From contig JAYWFY010000045.1 of NCBI GenBank assembly GCA_043778555.1, positions 1 to 59,254 of the forward strand: DNA of 59,254 nt. The letters are read 5' to 3'. Below the pieces are notes generated by a model. The model worked only from the letters and a program-made list of their open reading frames with translations, searched no databases and was not told where the DNA came from. Shown here one piece after another: positions 52,981-59,254 of the stretch. The stretch's first letter is position 1, and each line of letters opens with the position of its first letter. Position numbers and translations under genes: made by a program. Source of the DNA: a bacterium (GTDB lineage Bacteria > Patescibacteriota > JACMRA01).

Positions 52981-54285
52981 TTATCTGATTACAGTTGTAG
53001 TCAACCGCTTGTTTAATCTGCCGTTTTCGACTACATCCACTGGCAATACCATAAACTCGATTTCGTACTCGACTTGACCTTTAGCTTGTTTTTTCTTTAC
53101 ATCTACAATCTGCGTCTTATATGCGATGACAGTTTCCTTTTTGGTTGCGTCTCGACCAAATTCAAACTGTCCAAAGACAGAATTTCCAAGGTTTTGAACG
53201 GAGTAATATGTTCCTTGCTCTTTTGTCATATACGAACCTTGTGGGATAACGCCGTTGAGAACCCCAGTAGCAAAAGTAATAGCTCCAGTCGGTGCGTTGT
53301 ACAAAAATTGACCGCCATCTACTAGCTGATCAGCTGAAAATACAGAAACTAAGTCAACGCCGTTGATTGTTAGCTGAATTGCAGAAGTTTCCAAAAGGGC
53401 TGGGAATGTTCCTGCTGGAATTGTGTTTGAGGCAATAGCTGGGCAAACAACATCTTTTCGGATTGGTGCTAGACCATTTCTAAGGATCTGACCTTCCAAA
53501 AGTGCTTCAATCTGGTAAGAAGTTCTGGCAGTCTTGACTTTGAACGACATTTCTTGCTCGGTGTTGATTGTTCCATCGACATAGTTAAAACACATCAATT
53601 TTTCAATCTTACGCTTGTTTTCCTCGTTCCAGTCAAGGTAACAGTCAAAAGTCTCACGAATTTCTGATCCGACAAAACATTGGTCGTTATTAGCAAAACT
53701 AGCTTCATAAACCGCAAGTGTTCCCACAGCTCCAAGGGTGTAAGAAAAGTTCTTGGTACCTACTGTATAAACAAAGGCTCCAGTTTTAGTCATTTTTGCT
53801 ATTGGGATTCTGACGATGTTCCATTGATTAGCTTTAAGTGTGCCTGTTGTATATGATAGATTTGCGGTAGTTCCATCATCAATTTTAACAGTTACAGCCA
53901 TTGCTACAGATGGATAAAGAGGTAATGAAATATAGTCATTAAAATCAAAACCAAAAGTTGCTCCGCTGTATTTTCGACCATCTCCAGCGGCTATAGCTGT
54001 GATTTGGGGGTAGCTTTGAGAACCTGAAACTACAAGTGGCTGGCTATTTAGCTGTCTGTCAAAAGAAAACAGTGAATAAGCGTTTGGAGAGCTAGGCTGT
54101 CCTGATACTTGAGTTACTTCCGTACCGCCTGCGATAGCTGTTGACACGAGATTTTGAGGATAAATAGTAGTGTCCACCATTTCGGTGTTAGTGTTGTATG
54201 CACTGAATTTAGCAGGCTTTTTAGCAAGTTCTTGCATTGTTCCTTTTCTTTCTTTTTGAAGAATATTTAGTGGGATTCGTGGCAT
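52981..54285 (-). CDS. Major tail protein (tube), large form
   Basis: 434-aa ORF, the only large gene between the neck genes and the chaperones, with no separate sheath or tube pair. Confidence 0.5.
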   Translation of the reverse strand: MPRIPLNILQKERKGTMQELAKKPAKFSAYNTNTEMVDTTIYPQNLVSTAIAGGTEVTQVSGQPSSPNAYSLFSFDRQLNSQPLVVSGSQSYPQITAIAAGDGRKYSGATFGFDFNDYISLPLYPSVAMAVTVKIDDGTTANLSYTTGTLKANQWNIVRIPIAKMTKTGAFVYTVGTKNFSYTLGAVGTLAVYEASFANNDQCFVGSEIRETFDCYLDWNEENKRKIEKLMCFNYVDGTINTEQEMSFKVKTARTSYQIEALLEGQILRNGLAPIRKDVVCPAIASNTIPAGTFPALLETSAIQLTINGVDLVSVFSADQLVDGGQFLYNAPTGAITFATGVLNGVIPQGSYMTKEQGTYYSVQNLGNSVFGQFEFGRDATKKETVIAYKTQIVDVKKKQAKGQVEYEIEFMVLPVDVVENGRLNKRLTTTVIR

Positions 54286-54300
54286 AATTGTGTTGTTAAA

Positions 54301-54942
54301 TTAGTTGATTTGATTTGTTTGGATTTCAAAAATTATTTGAAATTGGTAAAAATACCAGTTGGTTGTTGGGTCAATTATCAAGTCGTTAGTTTGAACAAGC
54401 GGATCCCAGTTGTGAAAGCAAGTTGATTTGTATTCTTGACCTGACCAGTTCTGGTCAACGCCTAGTATTTCAACAAATTCAAAATCATTTCTGGTTAGAT
54501 TGTCTTTAAGGTATTTTACGATTTGCTCTACATAACCTTTTTTGCCTAATTCTCTTTGGTGCCTGATTCTAATATCGGTGGCAATAGCGTACTGTCGGCA
54601 GTTACAAGAGATTGATTCTGCTTCTAGGCTAATATTGTTTGGATTAGATTTGTCAAAATCCAGAGTAATTAAGGTGTTATAATTGGTTGGTTGAGTTTCA
54701 CCGCTTGCTACCGTCAAGAAGTTGTCTTTAATTGCTCCAATGTTAGCGTCCGTTTCTTCTGATTGAATAAGTACTTTAGCAAATAGTGAGGGTTTGGGAA
54801 TTGTTGGATTATTGCTATTCCAGTTTATAACTCCGTCAATCTCATTTTTTGCTAGTTCGTTAATCATTCTACAAATAAACTCACGCAGTTCGGGAAACAA
54901 TTTGTAGTTAGGTTTGTGAAGTAGGTTAGATTGAAAAATCAT
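54301..54942 (-). CDS. Tail terminator/completion candidate
   Basis: ATG (MIFQSNLL..) forms an ATGA overlap with the upstream stop. Assigned by position. Confidence 0.4.
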   Translation of the reverse strand: MIFQSNLLHKPNYKLFPELREFICRMINELAKNEIDGVINWNSNNPTIPKPSLFAKVLIQSEETDANIGAIKDNFLTVASGETQPTNYNTLITLDFDKSNPNNISLEAESISCNCRQYAIATDIRIRHQRELGKKGYVEQIVKYLKDNLTRNDFEFVEILGVDQNWSGQEYKSTCFHNWDPLVQTNDLIIDPTTNWYFYQFQIIFEIQTNQIN

Positions 54943-55301
54943 TGTAAGATTTTGATTAGTTCGTTTGACATTTGATTTCGCCAACTTTCTTTCATCGGAT
55001 CTCGTTGACCGTACTTTCTATTCGTTCCTAGACCGTATCTAAAGAATGTTGCTTGTGGAGTGTCAATTTTGTACTGTAAGTTAGCTGATTTTAATCCGTT
55101 TATAACCTCCAAAACCGCTGTGGTGCTTGCTTTAGATTCTCCGCTGTCAACAGGGGCTTTTGTGAATGCTGGGCTGTTGTACTCTGCTTTTGCATAGTCT
55201 GTAGCTTTTTGTTCAATCTGGCTTTTGTTTTTTTGCAGTTTATCAAAGAATAAGTTTGATATGCTTAGTGTTACATCAGCAGTAGATCGTCTAAAGGGCA
55301 T
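54939..55301 (-). CDS. HK97 gp10-like neck/tail-completion protein
   Basis: 120 aa. ..FTKAPVDSGESKAST.. resembles the gp10 'aPvdTG.l..si' motif. Confidence 0.45.
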   Translation of the reverse strand: MPFRRSTADVTLSISNLFFDKLQKNKSQIEQKATDYAKAEYNSPAFTKAPVDSGESKASTTAVLEVINGLKSANLQYKIDTPQATFFRYGLGTNRKYGQRDPMKESWRNQMSNELIKILQ

Positions 55302-55302
55302 A

Positions 55303-55743
55303 TTATGAGCTAGTAATTGAGGTTAGTTGAATATGTTTAAGCCTTATTCCGTTTGGAGTATCCACATCAATGATTTTGAGTTCTGTAAAAGGTTTTGTAT
55401 TATCAAATAGTTTTTTACCGTGAATGTCCGAATATTTTACATATAGTTCTGGTAATAATTCTTTGGTAATTTGTCCCGCTTTACAGTTCCTCAGATCAAT
55501 GTAGATGGTGTAGCCTCCGCCGTGGTTGTAGCCATATTGACCAGTTTCTTTGTTGTACTCTCTAATTCCATCGTCAATTAGTGCCAAACCTTCCCAAATT
55601 ACAGATTCGTTGTTTGCCTCTGTCGTTTGGTTAGCTCCAATATACTCGCCGTCGTACTGATTCGCTGTAATGTTACCAGCTATCTTTGGAGTTAGCTTTT
55701 GAATTACTTTGATTCCAGTCTTAGGCAAGTGTCGTGGTAGCAT
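55303..55743 (-). CDS. Head-closure/neck protein candidate
   Basis: 146-aa ORF in the head-tail joining cluster. Confidence 0.4.
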   Translation of the reverse strand: MLPRHLPKTGIKVIQKLTPKIAGNITANQYDGEYIGANQTTEANNESVIWEGLALIDDGIREYNKETGQYGYNHGGGYTIYIDLRNCKAGQITKELLPELYVKYSDIHGKKLFDNTKPFTELKIIDVDTPNGIRLKHIQLTSITSS

Positions 55744-55948
55744 TTTTGATAGGTTTGGTTTCTTCGACTTTGGCAGGTTTGACTTCTGGTTTTGGCTCTT
55801 CGGCTAGCTTTACCCAACCGTTATCAAGAGCGTTCTGGATTACTTCACCGTCAAAGTTAATCGTATCAATTTCGGTTTTGACCGCAAAAGGTAAAAACAA
55901 ACCTTGGTTGGTCGTAAGTGAACAGTTTTGAGTCGTTATTAAGATCAT
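55721..55948 (-). CDS. Hypothetical small structural protein
   Basis: 75-aa ORF. Confidence 0.4.
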   Translation of the reverse strand: MILITTQNCSLTTNQGLFLPFAVKTEIDTINFDGEVIQNALDNGWVKLAEEPKPEVKPAKVEETKPIKNATTTLA

Positions 55949-56598
55949 AGTGGATAGTGATAGTTGACTTTGTAAGATTTGATTAGGCTGTCGAACTGAG
56001 GAACAAGCTGAGGACTGTAGATATTAAGAGAATTTAATGGATTAAGTTCGTTGTTAATTTTGATTGATAAGTTACCTGACCGCTCTGAATCTTCAACAAT
56101 CCCATCATTCACAGTAAAATTGTATGCTGACCTAACCAATTCTTGAATAAAGGAATAAAGTATTGGAGATAAAAAGTTTGTAGCTTCTGTACCTCCGATT
56201 CCTTTTGTTCCTGTGATTCTAAGTTTCGAGCATTTAGCAAAACAATTATTACCACAACAATCCAAAGATTTAACTTCAAAAATGACATTTTTATGGGCTT
56301 TTAATCGTCCAAAAATAAAGTCAACTTCTTCAGTAATTTCAGAATACGCTATTGATCCAAAAGCTCCGATTTCTACCTTAGTAACATTTTGCCACGCTCC
56401 GATATTAAAGGTAGTGTCGCAAAGCTCCTTAGTGGTAAAAGTTTCGCTAGTACTTAGCCCTGTAAATTCGTCAAAATACAGTCCAGTTTGCTCTTGTAAA
56501 GTGTCAAAAATACCGTTGACATACGAGGTCAAAAAAGCGTCTGCTGAATTATCACAAATGTTTAATGATTCTCGTATATCTTGAATATTGATTGACAT
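55945..56598 (-). CDS. gp6-like head-tail connector (adaptor)
   Basis: N-terminus ..IQDIRESLNICDNSADAFLTSYVNGIFDTLQEQTG resembles the Phage_connect_1 pattern. Confidence 0.5.
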   Translation of the reverse strand: MSINIQDIRESLNICDNSADAFLTSYVNGIFDTLQEQTGLYFDEFTGLSTSETFTTKELCDTTFNIGAWQNVTKVEIGAFGSIAYSEITEEVDFIFGRLKAHKNVIFEVKSLDCCGNNCFAKCSKLRITGTKGIGGTEATNFLSPILYSFIQELVRSAYNFTVNDGIVEDSERSGNLSIKINNELNPLNSLNIYSPQLVPQFDSLIKSYKVNYHYPL

Positions 56599-56599
56599 A

Positions 56600-57025
56600 T
56601 TACTCGGCTTGCTTTTCTAATTCAGTTTTCTTTTCCAGAATTTCGGCTTTTAGAGATTTTAACCCTTTTCGCTGATCAGCTTCCTTGCCAAATAGTTCTA
56701 AATAGACTTCTTTGGCTAGTTTTAGCTCCTCGTTTTGGGCTGCTTCTCTGTCTGCAATTTCCTGTTCGGTTTCTGCTTTCGGTTGATTCCCACCTATTGC
56801 GGGGTCTAGTTCAGTAGCTTCAGATCTTTCAAACCTATGCGGTTCAATAGTAATCTCAACTGGTGGCAAATTAGACGGAAAATCAGAAGAATTAACTCCT
56901 AAAATTCTATCAAATAAGTTAGATTGATGATTACCAATTTCCTGCAATACCTCAGCCGTTAGTACATCGCCTGAAGTATAAAATACTCCATTAAATATAA
57001 ATGCGTTTTGTACGATTCCTGTCAT
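56600..57025 (-). CDS. Hypothetical head-associated protein (decoration candidate)
   Basis: 141-aa ORF directly after the capsid gene. The C-terminal part is an acidic coiled coil. Confidence 0.4.
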   Translation of the reverse strand: MTGIVQNAFIFNGVFYTSGDVLTAEVLQEIGNHQSNLFDRILGVNSSDFPSNLPPVEITIEPHRFERSEATELDPAIGGNQPKAETEQEIADREAAQNEELKLAKEVYLELFGKEADQRKGLKSLKAEILEKKTELEKQAE

Positions 57026-57046
57026 AATAATTAAGTAAAGTTAGAT

Positions 57047-58246
57047 TTAGATTGCGAAGTATTTGATAGCTTCAGTGGCAATTACGCCTGCACCCATTCC
57101 TGTTGCCATTCCGATTCGGAAGTCATCATTTGCAAATGAAGTCCAGTCCTTAGATGTATCTGAGTTGTAGATTACATCTTCGTTGGTAGATCCTGCAACA
57201 AGTCCTAGGTCTGACATATCTCCAACAATAAATACTGTTTTAGCATTTCCTGCTGTTGGTACATCATAAGTAACCACTGCTGAGTTAGTGATTTTTGGAT
57301 TAGCCGCAACTGGTGGAGTAGATAATACAACGCCTGACGCACTAATTTTGTAAGAATTACCAAGAGCTTTGTTAGGAACAATAAATACTGGAGTACCGTT
57401 AAAATAACCAACTGCTTTGTTGTCTCGAATGTTGCCATTAAGATTGATTGCGTCGTAGTTAAATCCATAGTTCGCCATATTAATTGGTCGTCCTTGTGAG
57501 TCTCGCTCGTTGATCAATCTGCTAAATCCTGTGTAATTACACATAATCGCAACATTGTTGGAATACTGAGAAACATTGAGAACGGTATCATTACAAAGCT
57601 GTAAGATTTTACCGTTGGTAATAGTAACTAAACTTGCGTCAATCGCCTCGACATTAGGATTGGTCAAAACTGCGTCAACACATAGCCTGTCTGACAAAAG
57701 TCGTTTACGGTTCTCAAGTGCAGCACTAAAGATCGCAACAAGTTCGCCAGCGTTTCGTGATTGCTGTAAAAGTGAACGGCAAGCGTCAAGATAGGCAATA
57801 TATCGGTAAGGAACGACAACGGCTGTTTTGGTTGTACCTGTGATGTCATTAGTAGTAGCTGTTCCACACACTGCTGGTACAAAGTCACCCATTCCTGAAA
57901 GTGAAGTAAAACTAGCTACGCCACTAAAGTTGTTAAGAAATTGCACGCCTGCACCGATAAAAGCACCGCCGTTGACATCTCGATATACTGGAGGCAACAC
58001 AATGTTTGAGATTAAGCCTTCGCCTGATCCAAAACCAGTTCCTGTAAGTGCTTGAGCTTCAAAATCTGCTCCTGCTTTTGCTTCAAATTGAGTAACGATT
58101 TCAGCCTCGTTTAGGGCGGTTAGTTGTGGAAATTTAGAAATACCTTTGCCCATCTTTTCTGAGACATAAGCTAACATTTCTAACCCTGATTGTGGTAAAG
58201 ACATTTTAGATTTAATTTGAGGTTTTCGAAAATCGTATAGATTCAT
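57047..58246 (-). CDS. Major capsid protein (HK97-fold candidate)
   Basis: About 399 aa from MNLYDFRKPQ.. (the track start at 58279 is a TTG overlapping the scaffold gene). It follows the protease and scaffold genes. Confidence 0.7.
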   Translation of the reverse strand: MNLYDFRKPQIKSKMSLPQSGLEMLAYVSEKMGKGISKFPQLTALNEAEIVTQFEAKAGADFEAQALTGTGFGSGEGLISNIVLPPVYRDVNGGAFIGAGVQFLNNFSGVASFTSLSGMGDFVPAVCGTATTNDITGTTKTAVVVPYRYIAYLDACRSLLQQSRNAGELVAIFSAALENRKRLLSDRLCVDAVLTNPNVEAIDASLVTITNGKILQLCNDTVLNVSQYSNNVAIMCNYTGFSRLINERDSQGRPINMANYGFNYDAINLNGNIRDNKAVGYFNGTPVFIVPNKALGNSYKISASGVVLSTPPVAANPKITNSAVVTYDVPTAGNAKTVFIVGDMSDLGLVAGSTNEDVIYNSDTSKDWTSFANDDFRIGMATGMGAGVIATEAIKYFAI

Positions 58247-58251
58247 AAGAT

Positions 58252-58809
58252 TTATTCTTTGTTCGCAAGTAATTCCCAAACTGGTTTTCGGACTTGAACA
58301 CTAGCTTTCGCCTCTGGTTCTTTGTCTTCGACTTTTGGAGTTTCCTCGACTTTTGGTTCTGCTTTAGCCTCTGGTGCTTTGACCATACACGCTTTGATTT
58401 CTTTTAGCTCCTTACCCATATTTTCCATCTCTGCTTTCATTTCTGAACACATAGATTTCAATTCTGAATAATCTTTAGCTTTGGCTTCTTCGACCTTTGA
58501 TTTTTTAGCCATTTCTTCCTCTGATTTAGTTTCAGCGACTACTTTTGCCTTTTTGGCTTCGGTTTCTTCGCTTGATTCCTTTTCATCGGCTACTGGAGCT
58601 TCTTCGGTGATTTTGCCATCTGTCTCATACTTTCCTTCCGCTGTTGGCGTAAATGTCAAAATGTATTCTTTGGTGTCTCCTTCAAGTTGAAATTCAACCT
58701 GTACAGATTCATCTTTTAGAACACAGATCTCAACACAGTCCGTCAAAACTGCTTCTGGATTAGAAGTTGATAAAGATTGCTTTAGAGCGTTAATAAGTTT
58801 TTCGTACAT
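58252..58809 (-). CDS. Scaffolding protein
   Basis: 185 aa, highly acidic and K/E-rich helical (..EEMAKKSKVEEAKAKDYSELKSM..). It lies between the protease and capsid genes. Confidence 0.6.
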   Translation of the reverse strand: MYEKLINALKQSLSTSNPEAVLTDCVEICVLKDESVQVEFQLEGDTKEYILTFTPTAEGKYETDGKITEEAPVADEKESSEETEAKKAKVVAETKSEEEMAKKSKVEEAKAKDYSELKSMCSEMKAEMENMGKELKEIKACMVKAPEAKAEPKVEETPKVEDKEPEAKASVQVRKPVWELLANKE

Positions 58810-58843
58810 AAATAATGCGAACTTTTTATTTTCGTTCTTTGTA

Positions 58844-58873
58844 ATTCTACACTGTACCCCCTTGTAATTTCAA
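58844..58873 (-). promoter_or_regulatory. Late promoter copy a (upstream of scaffold/capsid)
   Basis: Minus strand: TTGAAA-ttacaAGGGGGTACAGTG-TAGAAT. Confidence 0.55.
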
Positions 58874-58884
58874 TAATTTTGCAC

Positions 58885-58906
58885 AAAAAAAAGACCCTTG
58901 ATGGGT
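58885..58906 (-). terminator. Weak hairpin plus U8 after the protease gene
   Basis: Minus strand: ACCC-atcaa-GGGT-cTTTTTTTT, upstream of late promoter a. Confidence 0.4.
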
Positions 58907-59013
58907 TTTGATACTTTTTGGCTTTGTTTAATTACTTTGTAATTTCAAATAATCCTTTTTGTAGCTTCACTATTACTTGATCGTTTGGTTTGTCGATTTT
59001 GACATTCACACAC

Positions 59014-59254
59014 CTACTTTTTCGGTGGTTGGATTACTGGCGAACTTGGCGACCACAAAAACTTATTTGCCCAATATCCAGCGGTCATTACTGAGCCGTT
59101 AATGTCCTTAGCGTGGCGTTGTTTGTACTGCTTTCTAGCTTCTAGTGAATAATTAGAGCCGTAACCCTGAGCTCCAAAGCGAATTAGCTTGATTCTGTTT
59201 CCCAACTTTGCCAACACCGCCGCTTTTTTGGTTAGGTGGTCTGGTGTCATTTTG
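59014..59254 (-). CDS. 3' part (DUF5872-like domain) of the junction-spanning protease ORF
   Basis: ..KLIRFGAQGYGSNYSLEARKQYKQRHAKDI..TAGYWANKFLW... Its listed Met (59250 = base 94) is internal codon 261 of the ORF starting at 874. Confidence 0.65.
   Translation of the reverse strand, partial: KMTPDHLTKKAAVLAKLGNRIKLIRFGAQGYGSNYSLEARKQYKQRHAKDINGSVMTAGYWANKFLWSPSSPVIQPPKK
59157..59254. repeat. Terminal overlap, copy 2 (identical to 1-98)
   Basis: Same 98 nt as 1-98. This implies a genome unit length of 59,156 bp. Confidence 0.95.

Noticed and set aside
58195-58325. Apparent +/-1-nt inconsistencies between my hand translation and the ORF track at the scaffold/capsid overlap (near 58200 and 58320)
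   Set aside because: Both fall at line breaks of the printed sequence and cancel each other out. The ORF-track proteins are biologically coherent. I attribute this to my own character counting, not to a real frameshift or recoding site.
1-59254. Stop-codon reassignment (TGA or TAG recoding), suggested by the AT-rich, SD-less genome
   Set aside because: Standard-code ORFs tile the genome compactly with long products. TAA, TAG and TGA (for example int at 30089) all act as stops at sensible gene ends.
1-59254. CRISPR array, tRNA/rRNA genes, reverse transcriptase (DGR or retron)
   Set aside because: I saw no spacer-repeat periodicity. The only T-loop-like string (TTCGACTCC at about 16201) has no flanking stems. 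No ORF has an RT motif (YxDD) context. A proper tRNAscan or Infernal run is still advisable.

Overview
The window is one complete, circularly closed phage genome of about 59,156 bp. Bases 1-98 are identical to 59157-59254, which I read as an assembly overlap. The genome is AT-rich and looks like a temperate siphovirus: long tape-measure gene, G/GT tail chaperones, no sheath gene, and a large serine integrase.

Minus strand (most genes):
- Late block: terS, terL, a portal-MuF fusion, an S78-like prohead protease that crosses the window junction and is missing from the ORF track, scaffold, HK97-like capsid, connector and neck genes, major tail protein, G/GT chaperones with a -1 frameshift, a 1094-aa tape measure, baseplate and fibre genes (including a 1515-aa fibre and a beta-helix tailspike), a lysis cassette, then the serine integrase.
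- Early block: antirepressor, replication initiator, DnaC-like loader, RusA, HU, ClpP-like protein, ParB-methyltransferase.

Accessory islands at about 14.9-29.8 kb, mostly plus strand with a few minus-strand genes:
- Three 'moron' genes.
- Two P63C-domain genes. One rides as passenger on an IS1595-type element that has clean 12-bp inverted ends and a 10-bp target duplication.
- An anchored thermonuclease.
- A RecT/exonuclease pair.
- hicBA.
- An operon of about 10 small membrane or secreted proteins with two exported peptidoglycan hydrolases. This is my best candidate for an undescribed system.

Genome-wide points: no Shine-Dalgarno motif upstream of any of the gene starts I inspected, many canonical TTGACA/TATAAT promoters 6-10 nt from the ATG (leaderless mRNAs), three copies of a distinctive late promoter, and no tRNA, rRNA, CRISPR array or reverse transcriptase seen.

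Coordinates of motifs located by hand may be off by 1-2 nt. Family assignments come from motif recognition, not searches.
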